A DNA stretch of 64,000 nucleotides, taken from Pirellulales bacterium. Its GTDB lineage: Bacteria; Planctomycetota; Planctomycetia; Pirellulales; JADZDJ01. The notes beneath the pieces are model-generated. The model searched no databases. It was given only the letters and a program-made list of their open reading frames with translations, and was not told the DNA's origin. The position numbers and the translations under genes are program-made. Below are positions 50,381 through 59,869 of the stretch, in pieces (position 1 is the first letter of the stretch; each line of letters opens with the position of its first letter). Location of the stretch: assembly GCA_035656635.1 (NCBI GenBank), contig DASRSD010000110.1:686-64685 (forward strand), given 5' to 3'.

Positions 50381-51340
50381 TCATCGCCCTTGGCAATGCG
50401 AACAAAAAAATGTTGATCGCTGGGCCTGCACAATGCGGCGAACGGCGCCGCGCCGGCAAGTGAGGCACGGTTGGCCCGCACGATCGTAAACCCGGTGATG
50501 ATGTTGATACCCGCCCGATTCGTTCAGAGCGTTGCGGTAAGTGCCATCCGAAAGCGTAGAACCTTCGTATTGAATGGCTTCCAACAAAACCAAGTTTATC
50601 GCCGCGTGCAGCCGATCCCAATGTTGGCCATGCAGCCGGCGGCAGCGTGCGGATGGATGAATGCCAGCCACATGCAAGATCTCGGAGGCATATAAGTTCC
50701 CAATACCTGCAATGGCGTGCTGATCGAGCAAGGCAACTTTGATTGGCCGACTGCTATTGCCTAGCCGCTCGCGCAGTTGATCGGGCGTTAGTTGCAAAGC
50801 ATCTGGACCAAGCGTAGCATCCGGGCCTTGGAATTTGGCTGCGAATTCCTCCGCCGCCAATAGGGACACCAAACCCAAACCGCGGCGATCCCAAAACAGC
50901 AGCTCATTTGCGGTCGCGCTTGCCGTTTTGCGGCCTTTCGCTTGGCGCGGCGGTTTGCCGTTCGCCCCGAGATGCTTGCCATCCGGCTCGATTAATTGCA
51001 AGCGGAATCGCAAATGCTCCAAAGTGGGTGGATTGCCGAGCAGCACCAGGCCGGTCATGCGCGGTTCGATGACAATGGCTTCCTCACCGGGTAAATCAAA
51101 CTCACCCGCTTTCGCAGGCCGGCTCTCCGATTTTTTGGACAGCCAAATAACTACCCGCTTGCCGGCCCGATCGATGGCCACGATGTTCTTCCCCTCGACC
51201 CGGCGGCGGAAAACATCCATCCGCGGGCGGATGGCAATTGGCCGTCGCTTGCAAGGCGGGCGTTCCACATGCGCCACCTGGCGGCCAACCAACGGCAAAA
51301 GCCCGCGGCGCATGGTTTCAACTTCAGGGAGTTCGGGCAT
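50381..51340 (-). CDS. mutM: formamidopyrimidine-DNA glycosylase
   Basis: MPELPEVET N-terminus and a C-terminal zinc finger CLTCRRG....FFCSHCQ. It carries a roughly 40-aa internal insertion relative to typical Fpg length. Confidence 0.93.
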   Translation of the reverse strand: MPELPEVETMRRGLLPLVGRQVAHVERPPCKRRPIAIRPRMDVFRRRVEGKNIVAIDRAGKRVVIWLSKKSESRPAKAGEFDLPGEEAIVIEPRMTGLVLLGNPPTLEHLRFRLQLIEPDGKHLGANGKPPRQAKGRKTASATANELLFWDRRGLGLVSLLAAEEFAAKFQGPDATLGPDALQLTPDQLRERLGNSSRPIKVALLDQHAIAGIGNLYASEILHVAGIHPSARCRRLHGQHWDRLHAAINLVLLEAIQYEGSTLSDGTYRNALNESGGYQHHHRVYDRAGQPCLTCRRGAVRRIVQAQRSTFFCSHCQGR

Positions 51341-51794
51341 GGGCGAAATCGAGGCTCGGTTTCAATTGCATTCACTGAGATAGCCAGACGGCGATTGCAT
51401 TGTACCGGATCAATGGCTTCAGTTGATAAACTTTGCCAACCATTCTGCGCGATCCAACCACGCCAATTGTGCGATAGATTTTCGGGTTGGAGCGGCCCGA
51501 ATTTGGGAAATTGGCAGCTCATGTTGAACGATGGCGGTTGTTAAAATTTGCCGCCTAGGCAGAGAGCAACGTTAAACCTTTTCGGCTATTCCGCATAACG
51601 CAGTCATTCGGTTTATTCGCCAGGGTTGGGAAACTCCGCAGGAAGCGGACAAGCGAGGCCGATTTCAAACAAAACAGGGACGTCGCACAACCGTGGTAAC
51701 ACGGTAGCGATGTCTTCCCGCCAGCCAATCCGCTAGCTCATCCCGCCGCGCATCCCACTGCGCACACCATCCGCCCGAGTTTATCCCGCCAGCA

Positions 51795-51833
51795 CAGCCA
51801 CGGCTTTTCCCCAAAGCCGTGGCTGTTTTTATT
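51795..51833 (+). terminator. strong intrinsic terminator on the plus strand with no annotated gene upstream
   Basis: A 13-bp perfect stem cagccacggcttt / aaagccgtggctg (51795-51807 / 51813-51825), a 5-nt loop, then tttttatt. Confidence 0.6.
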
Positions 51834-51985
51834 GCGGTTTTGGGCGAACCGCCCCTCACACGCCGTGTCTGCCCAACAATGTCGAAATGTCCCTTGACCC
51901 CGCGCCGCAGCAGCCAACAATAGGGGTTCACCATTGCTGACCCGGATTGTTAATTGGGGAAGACTTTGCCGATAGCGAAATTTGT

Positions 51986-53191
51986 ATGGCAAAACTAAGC
52001 CAAGCTCCCGATGCCGCAGGCCGATTTGGCGACTTCGGCGGCCGCTATGTGCCCGAAACGCTAACGGCCGCACTCGACGAACTGGCCGTTGCTTACGACC
52101 AGGCTCGGGGCGATACGGCCTTTCAGCGCGAATTGGACGATCTGCTGCGAAATTATGTCGGCCGCCCATCGCCGCTGTATCACGCCAAACGAATTAGCCA
52201 GCATGCTGGCGGAGCGCAAATCTATCTCAAGCGAGAAGATTTAAATCACACCGGCGCCCACAAAATTAACAACACGCTAGGGCAGGCGTTGCTTACCTTG
52301 CGAATGGGCAAAAAGCGCGTGATTGCCGAAACCGGCGCCGGCCAGCACGGCGTGGCCACGGCCACTGCTTGCGCCCGCTTTGGCCTGGAGTGCGTGGTGT
52401 ACATGGGCGAAGAAGATATTCGTCGCCAAAAGCCCAATGTGTTCAGCATGCGGCTATTAGGAGCAGAAGTGCGACCGGTTAGCAGCGGTTCGCGAACTTT
52501 GCGCGACGCCATCAACGAAGCCATGCGCGACTGGATGAGCAGCGTTCGCACGACCCATTACATTTTGGGCTCGGTCGTTGGGCCACATCCATTTCCGCGC
52601 ATCGTGCGCGATTTTCAATCGGTCATTGGCGGCGAAACCGTGGAACAATGCCGGACGCAAATTGGCCGGTTGCCCAATTTGGTCGTTGCCTGTGTCGGCG
52701 GCGGAAGTAATGCGGCCGGCATGTTTTATCCGTTCGTCGAGCATGCATCAGTCGAACTGTTGGGCGTGGAAGCTGGCGGGCGCTCGGCCAAACCCGGCGA
52801 TCATGCCGCGCCCCTCTCTCACGGCTCGCCAGGCGTGTTGCATGGCAGCTACAGTTACGTGATGCAAGACGAAGATGGCCAAACTTGCGACGTGCACAGT
52901 GTTTCTGCTGGCCTCGATTATCCCGGCGTCGGGCCGGAACACAGCTTTTGGAAAGACTCCGGCCGTGTGAAATACACCAGCTGCCGCGATGACGAAGCAT
53001 TGGCGGCGTTCAATTTGCTGGCCCGGACCGAAGGGATTTTGCCGGCGCTGGAAAGCTCGCATGCCATTGCCAAAGCGGTGGAAATGGCCGGTAAACGTGG
53101 CAAGGACGAAATTGTCGTGGCCTGCCTTTCCGGCCGGGGCGACAAAGATGCGGCCGAAATTGCCCGACTCCGCGGCGAATCGTTTGGGTAA
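51986..53191 (+). CDS. trpB: tryptophan synthase beta chain
   Basis: [26 protein letters not shown] (PLP Lys), GGGSNAAG. The start was trimmed to the ATG at 51986. Confidence 0.97.
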   Translation: MAKLSQAPDAAGRFGDFGGRYVPETLTAALDELAVAYDQARGDTAFQRELDDLLRNYVGRPSPLYHAKRISQHAGGAQIYLKREDLNHTGAHKINNTLGQALLTLRMGKKRVIAETGAGQHGVATATACARFGLECVVYMGEEDIRRQKPNVFSMRLLGAEVRPVSSGSRTLRDAINEAMRDWMSSVRTTHYILGSVVGPHPFPRIVRDFQSVIGGETVEQCRTQIGRLPNLVVACVGGGSNAAGMFYPFVEHASVELLGVEAGGRSAKPGDHAAPLSHGSPGVLHGSYSYVMQDEDGQTCDVHSVSAGLDYPGVGPEHSFWKDSGRVKYTSCRDDEALAAFNLLARTEGILPALESSHAIAKAVEMAGKRGKDEIVVACLSGRGDKDAAEIARLRGESFG

Positions 53192-53244
53192 ACAACAATC
53201 TCAAACGCTGAAAGTTGCCGATAAAAAACACTCGGGATTGAACG

Positions 53245-53463
53245 CTACGATCCATTCAGAGGTGTCGTAATGATTTCCGTAATGTTGCGAATGGCTACAA
53301 ACCTAGCAATGTCGCCCGCATAGACAACGCAGAATGCAGAGTTTGGTTTTGTGGCTATCTCGTAGGGATGCTCAACACGAATGGAATTTCCGTCGCTCAG
53401 ATGAATCTCAAGAGGTTCAAATGGCGAGCGATTCATCAATTCAATCATTTGGTTTGCGGTCAT
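53245..53463 (-). CDS. small hypothetical protein antisense between trpB and trpA
   Basis: 72 aa from MTANQMIELMNRSPFEPLEIHLSDG. GC content is lower than the neighbours. No motif found. Confidence 0.4.
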   Translation of the reverse strand: MTANQMIELMNRSPFEPLEIHLSDGNSIRVEHPYEIATKPNSAFCVVYAGDIARFVAIRNITEIITTPLNGS

Positions 53464-53525
53464 GGCGAAGCCTTTAGCGAAGTGGCGTTCACACTTGAAG
53501 TATACCACGATGTGAGTTTTCGGTC

Positions 53526-54326
53526 ATGTCTGCAATTGACGATTTATTTCAGAAGCTGCGCCGCGAAAAACGCAAGGCGCTGATGCCGTTTGTCACGGCC
53601 GGCGATCCCGATTTGGAATTCACCGCCGCGGTGCTGCAAGAATTTGCCCGCCGCGGTTGCAGCCTGTGCGAAGTCGGCATTCCCTACAGCGACCCCATTG
53701 CCGATGGGCCGGTGATTCAGGAATCGTACACGCGGGCGCTGACACACAAAATCAAACTGGCGGAAATTGCGCAGTGTTTAAGTGGAGTAACGCCGAAAGT
53801 ATCCATTCCGTTGGTCACGATGGTCAGCTATGCCATTGTTTACCGTCACGGATTGGAACGGTATGTGAACGACATGCAGCAGGCCGGGATTGCCGGCGCG
53901 ATTGTGCCTGATCTGTTAGTCGAGGAATCCGCACCGCTGGCGAAAATCTGCCGCCAGGCCGATTTCAGTCTGATTCAATTGATTACGCCCACGACGCCGA
54001 AAGAGCGCGCCGTACGCATTGCCGAAGCATCGACCGGCTTTATCTACTACGTTTCGGTCACCGGCATTACCGGCGAGCGGCGCGAACTACCGCCGGACTT
54101 GCTCGATAACGTTGCTTGGCTGCGCGAGCAAACGCCGCTGCCCGTGTGCATCGGTTTTGGCATTAGCACGCCGGAGCACGTGCGTGTGTTGGCGCCTGTG
54201 GCCGATGGTTTGATCGTGGGCTCGGCCATTGTCCGCCGCATTGCCGCCGCATCGAGCCAACCCAAGCCCGCGGGGCTAACCGACGTCGGCGAATACGTGG
54301 GCAGCTTGTTGGCCGCGATTCAATAG
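53526..54326 (+). CDS. trpA: tryptophan synthase alpha chain
   Basis: ALMPFVTAGDPD, EVGIPYSDPIADGPVIQ, GFGIS motifs. Confidence 0.95.
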   Translation: MSAIDDLFQKLRREKRKALMPFVTAGDPDLEFTAAVLQEFARRGCSLCEVGIPYSDPIADGPVIQESYTRALTHKIKLAEIAQCLSGVTPKVSIPLVTMVSYAIVYRHGLERYVNDMQQAGIAGAIVPDLLVEESAPLAKICRQADFSLIQLITPTTPKERAVRIAEASTGFIYYVSVTGITGERRELPPDLLDNVAWLREQTPLPVCIGFGISTPEHVRVLAPVADGLIVGSAIVRRIAAASSQPKPAGLTDVGEYVGSLLAAIQ

Positions 54327-54365
54327 GTCCTGCCCCGTTCGCATCGAATAGAAACAGCGCTTTCT

Positions 54366-56087
54366 TCAGAGCGCCGCCAGTAAATTGTCCAGTAATTGCA
54401 AATTCGGCCCGGCTAATGCTGCAGCGGCCTGGTTGCTCGCCGTATAAACCGCTTGGTTGTAAACTCGATGGCCCCTAACGCCTGGCGTGGGAAACAGCGG
54501 CTGTAACGATGACACGGTGTAAACGATTCCGTGCCCAGTGCTGGCCGCTTTCAGCATGACCACCTCTCGATGCGAACGATCGCCGGCATCCATCCGCGCG
54601 GTTTCGCCCAGCGTTTTCATATACGCCGAGAAAATGCCGCGTCCAAAGTTGGCGGGCATGGCATGTGCCAGTGGATCGAATTTTTTCGCCGCAATGAAAT
54701 CGGCAATGCGGTTGCCGGAGTTAATGCCGGCCGACAAATCGAAATCCCAGTGAATGCCCAAATAAATGCGGCTCATCGCATTTTCTTCCGACGCCTCGGA
54801 AAAGCTGGTGAAGCTCCGCGTGATTTTGGGGCGTGTGTTTCCTTGGTTATCGGTCGTGCTGCCGTTGAATTCGTCGGAGGTGAATGAAAAAGAAATATTG
54901 TCGGTGCCGTAAAAATCAGCCAGTGTGTGGAACACCGCCGCCCCGATAATCGCATGCCCCGATGGGTACGACGGAAACGGCGGCGTGAAATTGTTCGGCA
55001 AAGTATCGTTGCTGGCCGGCGCGCCCAGCGGTGTCCAGGTGGAATCGCCGACCGTATTCGGGTTGCCGTCGTTGTCGCCATCGCGAATGGCCGTGACGGG
55101 CCGCCACATGTCGTAAAAGTATTTGCCATCCCAGCCGACAATGGCTGCATCGGCCATGGCCACGTTCATTATGGCGAACATGCGCGCGTTCTGATATTCG
55201 GAGTTCCCTTGTTGAATGGCCACTACCCGTGCAATCTGGTTGTACAGCCGGGGCGGCGCACACAAGCCTTCGGTGGCATCGTAGGCCCAAAAGATGCCGA
55301 TCTCGGTTTGCTCCTCGGTGCGAATCGTCGGCGTGGCAATGCCGTCGCCACCTAGTTCTTTCAGCTCGTTATAAGCGGCCGTGTATTCGGGACTATCAAT
55401 CGGCGGTGGAGGCGGCGGAAGATATGCACCGGTGCTGTTAATCCCAAAGGGCGTGACTTTTCCCCATTGCGGATCGAGCGGCGTTTGCGTAATTCCGGAA
55501 ACTTCTTGCGTGACTGGGTCGGGTTGATACTTGCCGACACCGTCGATAATTTTGTAGTTCGATTTTGCATTGGCGCCGTCGTTGGAGCGCGCTGCAATCA
55601 CGGCTTTGGCTACGGTTTTCCCCAGCGCAATGCCCAAGTTCTCTGCCGGGCCGCTGGGAATTTGACCGAGCCAGGTATTCAAGTCGGTGTCGAGCGTTGC
55701 CCTCTGCTTTTGATACAGCCACACCAATGTGTCGTGTGCCGCCTCGCCCACGGCTGCGCCGATGTCGGCCCCTTGCACTCCCACGACTTTCACCAAATAC
55801 GGCTCGTATTGACCTTCAATCGAATTGATGGCGTCGTACATGGCCACGCTTACAATTGCCAACGCTCGGGAAGCACGCGTAGGACCATATTGTTCCTTAA
55901 AGGCGGCGGAACTGTGATCGATATTGACCGTTTGCAGTGCGATGTCATTCCAATACAGGATGGCATCAACCGCCATCATCGCCCGCGGTTCAAGCTGCTC
56001 GATGAACATCCGGCGACCGTAGTGCCGCTGCTTGCACTTCGCCGCAGAACGTGGATTTTTCGCAGCGCGCAGCGGTAAGGAAAACAT
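54366..56087 (-). CDS. secreted PAP2-superfamily protein, vanadium-haloperoxidase/acid-phosphatase-like
   Basis: LEQLEPRAMMA planctomycete leader. The C-terminus has PSYPSGHAIIGAAVF and SRIYLGIHWDFD (PSGH / SR..G.H...D motifs). The start was trimmed to 56087. Confidence 0.7.
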   Translation of the reverse strand: MFSLPLRAAKNPRSAAKCKQRHYGRRMFIEQLEPRAMMAVDAILYWNDIALQTVNIDHSSAAFKEQYGPTRASRALAIVSVAMYDAINSIEGQYEPYLVKVVGVQGADIGAAVGEAAHDTLVWLYQKQRATLDTDLNTWLGQIPSGPAENLGIALGKTVAKAVIAARSNDGANAKSNYKIIDGVGKYQPDPVTQEVSGITQTPLDPQWGKVTPFGINSTGAYLPPPPPPIDSPEYTAAYNELKELGGDGIATPTIRTEEQTEIGIFWAYDATEGLCAPPRLYNQIARVVAIQQGNSEYQNARMFAIMNVAMADAAIVGWDGKYFYDMWRPVTAIRDGDNDGNPNTVGDSTWTPLGAPASNDTLPNNFTPPFPSYPSGHAIIGAAVFHTLADFYGTDNISFSFTSDEFNGSTTDNQGNTRPKITRSFTSFSEASEENAMSRIYLGIHWDFDLSAGINSGNRIADFIAAKKFDPLAHAMPANFGRGIFSAYMKTLGETARMDAGDRSHREVVMLKAASTGHGIVYTVSSLQPLFPTPGVRGHRVYNQAVYTASNQAAAALAGPNLQLLDNLLAAL

Positions 56088-56172
56088 TGGTGTAACCTCA
56101 AAGAAAGTGGGCTCCCGACACGCGCCCATGCTAATTGCCGCCCCAGAGCGTGTAAACTGCGATTGGCGAATT

Positions 56173-56664
56173 CTATCCGCCGCGTGGCCAACTACCTTCG
56201 ATTTCTTCATGCGGTTGGCGAGCCATCTTGAGTAGCTCGATAAGTTGCGTTACCTGCTCGCCGCTCAAGTGTCCCAATTGTTTTTCGTGGCAGCGGCGCA
56301 CGGGAGCATCCAGCTCGCTGAGCAAATCGAGCCCGGCGGAAGTGATGCTCACCTGCACGACACGCCGGTTGGCAGATAATCGTTGGCGGACAATGAGCCC
56401 ACGCTGTTCGAGCTTATCGAGCAGGCGGGTAATATCTGGGGCGCGGGAAATCAGCCGCCGGGCGATATCGAGCGTTGCCAGCGGCTTAGGTTGCTGGCCC
56501 CGCAACAGCCGGAGCGCGTTATATTGCTGGGCCGTTAAATCGGATTGTGCAAACAATTCGTCTTCCATGGCCCGCAGTCGATCATACGTTCGCCACAGGT
56601 TCAGATACGCTTCCTGGCAAGGCGAATCGAAAGCGCGCTGGCGGCGTTTAGCGGAAGTAGGCAT
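56173..56664 (-). CDS. MarR family transcriptional regulator
   Basis: LTAQQYNALRLL..., a winged helix (IARRLISRAPDITRLLDKLEQRGLIVRQR), and 163 aa after trimming the start to 56664. Confidence 0.85.
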   Translation of the reverse strand: MPTSAKRRQRAFDSPCQEAYLNLWRTYDRLRAMEDELFAQSDLTAQQYNALRLLRGQQPKPLATLDIARRLISRAPDITRLLDKLEQRGLIVRQRLSANRRVVQVSITSAGLDLLSELDAPVRRCHEKQLGHLSGEQVTQLIELLKMARQPHEEIEGSWPRGG

Positions 56665-56818
56665 GGGCAATGGAGGGTTGGCGGCCAAGTGTCTGGCGCC
56701 GGGAAGGGTAGTCCTGTGTTGTGTCGAGCGGTTTGTGTTCGGCAACGAATGATCATGAGGCAGCAAACACCTGCTGCCCTGCACAATTTTCGTTGGAAAA
56801 TCGCCGTTCCGCAATATC

Positions 56819-57484
56819 TTGACTCCTGTATATGATGGAGAAAAGAGGCCGCATGTGCCGATTTTATTGATAGCGGTCTCGAGATTCTGCATCCGTTTCC
56901 GTTCGCCCAGTACCGAACACCTTGGCATCTCGATCCTTGGTCCTGCCGTGTCGCACAACCGTCCACCAGAAACCTTGCGCCGTTTTTTTGCTGGACTCAC
57001 CGAGTTCGCTTTTGAAACTCGGATGGGCGTGGCCGATACCCGGCTGATCGATTATCTGACCGACCTGTTGGTGCGATTCGTGCGGCACGATGCATTGCTG
57101 AGCCTACGAAACCTGAGTGGCGAGCGGTTGGATGCCGTGGCCGTAATGCTGCTGGAAGCCGATGCCCGAATTGGCGATGCTCGGCGAAAAGCCCATCGGC
57201 ACATTGGCGACTTCACCCTGTTTTGGACCGGCCTTTATCCGGAAACGCTCCGCAGTACTCGCCGCGGCCAACGGCACGATTTTTTCCACGATTACTGCGA
57301 GCACGGCAAACGGGCCTACTACATCGCCAGCACCATTCCGCTGGGCGACCCGGATGACGAAGCCGACGTGCTCCAGCGCTTGAGCCACGAGTTCGATTTG
57401 TGCACCTACGGCCTGGGCGAAGTCCGCCGCGAATGGGAACGCCGCGATGCCGATAGCGGTTCGGGACCGATTGTGCTGGAGTGA
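56819..57484 (+). CDS. hypothetical protein
   Basis: A 221-aa ORF with good codon bias from about 56950 onward. Start uncertain. Followed by an intrinsic terminator. Confidence 0.5.
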   Translation: MTPVYDGEKRPHVPILLIAVSRFCIRFRSPSTEHLGISILGPAVSHNRPPETLRRFFAGLTEFAFETRMGVADTRLIDYLTDLLVRFVRHDALLSLRNLSGERLDAVAVMLLEADARIGDARRKAHRHIGDFTLFWTGLYPETLRSTRRGQRHDFFHDYCEHGKRAYYIASTIPLGDPDDEADVLQRLSHEFDLCTYGLGEVRREWERRDADSGSGPIVLE

Positions 57485-57485
57485 G

Positions 57486-57516
57486 CTGCGCAAGCAATTT
57501 TGCGCAGGCATTTTTT
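57486..57516 (+). terminator. intrinsic terminator
   Basis: ctgcgcaa-gcaatt-ttgcgcag followed by gcatttttt, 2 nt after the stop codon. Confidence 0.6.
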
Positions 57517-57620
57517 CATACGGAATAGTGTCTGGGTTTTGTTGTGCGTTGACGCCCGATGAATTGCGCCGGATTCATTCCCTACTAACAAGCGGGCCAA
57601 ACGCCTGTTATACTTTCTCC

Positions 57621-57983
57621 ATGGGCGCAACACATGTTACCGTCGCCGTCAGCAATCCCGCCGATGCCAATCGGCGTTGGGAGGGCGAATTCCTTGTCGA
57701 TACCGGAGCCACCGATTGTTTGGTGCCGGCGAAGCAGCTTCGAGCCATTGGCATTCAGCCGGAATCGAAGCGAGTTTACGAACTTGCTGATGGCAGCGAG
57801 GTAACGCTGGAAGTGGGCATCGCCCGCTTTGAATTTATGGGCGATATTGCCGCTGGCATTGTGATCTTTGGCAATGACAATGCTGAGCCGATCTTGGATG
57901 CCACGCCCCTCGCCTCCGTCGGCATCGAAGTCGACCCGAAAAATCAGCGACTAAAACGCTTGCCCGCCGTGCGGTTGAAGTGA
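57621..57983 (+). CDS. retropepsin-like (clan AA) aspartic protease
   Basis: 120 aa with the FLVDTGATDCLVP catalytic D-T-G-A motif and a GIVIFG flap-like segment. The start was trimmed to 57621. Confidence 0.7.
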   Translation: MGATHVTVAVSNPADANRRWEGEFLVDTGATDCLVPAKQLRAIGIQPESKRVYELADGSEVTLEVGIARFEFMGDIAAGIVIFGNDNAEPILDATPLASVGIEVDPKNQRLKRLPAVRLK

Positions 57984-57996
57984 TTGAGATCAATGC

Positions 57997-58401
57997 ATGG
58001 ATTCCGAAGCTCCAAAAGCGTCGTGGACAGTTGTTCGATTTGTCGCTGCGGCGGGTGCAGTATTGCCTAGTATTTACGCGTTGTTGGTATTGCGGGCCCA
58101 AATGTTAGGTGGATTTGATTTTGGGGCTCTGTTTGGAATCTTCATTGGTTTGGCAGCGATTATTTTGTGGTGGTTTGCCCTGCAAGGGGGTGTAGCTAAA
58201 AGTCGTCGGCGGATGGCATACACCTTCATCGGCGGAATCATTCTTGGCAGTATCAGTTTTGCAGCCGGATTTTTTGGGCCCATCATTTTTATGCCCGAAT
58301 CCAATCAGGGCCCGCTGCTGGGGATATTTATCACGGGACCCTTTGGTTTTCTGGTGGGATGCATTCTAGGGGCCGTTTACGCGCTGTTTCGTGTTAAGTA
58401 A
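57997..58401 (+). CDS. hypothetical four-helix membrane protein
   Basis: 134 aa with four hydrophobic segments, 13 nt after the protease gene. Confidence 0.55.
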   Translation: MDSEAPKASWTVVRFVAAAGAVLPSIYALLVLRAQMLGGFDFGALFGIFIGLAAIILWWFALQGGVAKSRRRMAYTFIGGIILGSISFAAGFFGPIIFMPESNQGPLLGIFITGPFGFLVGCILGAVYALFRVK

Positions 58402-58415
58402 TCTCAGCATGCGCT

Positions 58416-58485
58416 TCACGTCACCAAATCTCTTCCTGACCAGCATAAACACGTCTTCCAGCGTCGGGTCTTTGTCGTTGAAGTA
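58416..58485 (-). repeat. oldest orphan copy (A) of the ABC ATPase gene 3' end
   Basis: Its minus-strand translation retains FNDKDPTLEDVFMLV. A 1-nt indel and further divergence follow. Confidence 0.8.
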
Positions 58486-58581
58486 GAATCGACAGGACGG
58501 AGCGTTATGAAGTATGATTGATGAAACTGCTCTGCTGGCTAAAACCCAAGAACGTTGATTGTTTCAAAGTAGGATTGCCCC

Positions 58582-58866
58582 ATGTCGACAGGCCGATCGA
58601 AAAACACAAAGACTGCGTCGGAATTCCAACGGCAGCCGATGGAAGTAGTCAAGCAGGTGCGGAAAACTAAGCAGCCTGTGACCATCACGGTGCAGGGCAA
58701 GCCGGGAGTGGTAGTCGTCGATGCCGCTACTTACCAGCGACGCATCAAAGCAGCCAATCTGGCAAATCTGTTGGAAGGAGGAGAACAAGACGTGCGGGCT
58801 GGACGATTGCGATCAGCCGATCAAGTGCTGAAAGAACTTGGCCGTGCCAAAAAAACATCGCGTTGA
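58582..58866 (+). CDS. Phd/YefM-family antitoxin
   Basis: FQRQPMEVVKQVRKTKQPVTITVQGKPGVVVVDAATYQRR fits the Phd/YefM N-terminal fold pattern. It overlaps the toxin start. Confidence 0.65.
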   Translation: MSTGRSKNTKTASEFQRQPMEVVKQVRKTKQPVTITVQGKPGVVVVDAATYQRRIKAANLANLLEGGEQDVRAGRLRSADQVLKELGRAKKTSR

Positions 58867-59171
58867 AATTACGGCGGCGGCGGAGCGCGATCTGCGTGAA
58901 ATCCGCGATTACATTGCTCTTGATAAACCGGCGGCGGCGCAGCAATGGGTGAAGCGAATTGCGAAACAAATTCGCAGCCTGAAAGCTAATGCCGCTGCGG
59001 CACGAGGTCATTCCGGAAGCGCGGGAAATCGGCGTCGAATATCGACACACGCTTTCAGGGCCCTATCGGACGATCTACCGGGTAGAGAAAGAGCGAGTGA
59101 TTGTTGTGCGTGTGATTCACGGAGCACGCTTGCTGGATCCATCTTTTTTGCCTGGTTCGGAAAAAGCCTGA
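58838..59171 (+). pseudogene. RelE/ParE-family toxin, frameshifted
   Basis: The N-terminal half (VEITAAAERDLREIRDYIALDKPAAAQQWVKRIAKQIRSLKA) is in one frame. The C-terminal half (PLRHEVIPEAREIGVEYRHTLSGPYRTIYRVEKERVIVVRVIHGARLLD) is in another. The junction is near 58985. Confidence 0.7.
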
Positions 59172-59223
59172 AGCAGATACGCTCCTCTTCGAGTCGCGGC
59201 TAAATGGCGATGCCATCCGGAGC

Positions 59224-59330
59224 GCGACCAACGGTCGCGGCTTTGTGGATTACGACACCAAGCCCTTCGTCACCAGCATAAACACGTCTTCTAGCGTGGG
59301 GTCTTTATCGTTGAAGCTGCGGACGCCGAC
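59224..59330 (-). repeat. orphan copy (B) of the ABC ATPase gene 3' end plus downstream hairpin
   Basis: 107 nt, about 92 percent identical to 59887-59992. Translates as VGVRSFNDKDPTLEDVFMLVTKGLVS*. Confidence 0.92.
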
Positions 59331-59414
59331 ATCTCATTTGAGCATTATTCTCTTGCCGCAAGCTCGTTGGCGAAAGATAATGCAATCATTGATGTTGAAC
59401 TCTCGGAGGTGGCC

Positions 59415-59612
59415 ATGAGCCTGGACGAATTGGAAAATGCTGTTACTCATCTGCCTGCCGAAGAACTGTCGGCCTTTGCGCAATGGTTTGAAGAATTTAT
59501 GGCCGATGCTTGGGATCGCCGCATCGAAGCGGACATTAAAGTCGGACGGCTCGACGAGGCTGGCCGGCGGGCGGATGCTGACTTTGAAGCGGGGCGCTTC
59601 AAGCCGCTATGA
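59415..59612 (+). CDS. putative addiction-module antitoxin
   Basis: MSLDELENAVTHLPAEELSAFAQWFEEF...WDRRIEADIKVGRLDEAGRRA. The stop overlaps the toxin start (ATGA). Confidence 0.55.
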   Translation: MSLDELENAVTHLPAEELSAFAQWFEEFMADAWDRRIEADIKVGRLDEAGRRADADFEAGRFKPL

Positions 59613-59869
59613 GCCATTTTGCGACGTCGGAATTCTGGCTTTGCTACCGGCAACTGCCGGAAAATGTGCGGGAACTGGCTGATAAAAACTTTGCCCTTTT
59701 GCAAGAAGACCCAAAGCATCCATCGTTGCGGCTCAAAAAAATCGGATCGTTTTGGTCGGTTCGAGTTGGTTTACGTTACCGAGCGCTCGCCCGCGATCGT
59801 ACCGAAGGATTCGTTTGGTTTTGGATTGGGCACCACCGTGAATACGATCGGTTCCTCAAGGGAAAGTGA
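59609..59869 (+). CDS. RelE/ParE-superfamily toxin
   Basis: 86 aa. WSVRVGLRYRALARDR...FVWFWIGHHREYDRFL matches the RelE-like beta-sheet core pattern. Confidence 0.65.
   Translation: MSHFATSEFWLCYRQLPENVRELADKNFALLQEDPKHPSLRLKKIGSFWSVRVGLRYRALARDRTEGFVWFWIGHHREYDRFLKGK

Larger units (their letters stand above)
58486..59223 (+). mobile_element. 738-bp cassette 1: Phd/YefM antitoxin plus frameshifted ParE toxin only
   Basis: Bounded by repeat copies A and B. No recombinase gene. Confidence 0.55.
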
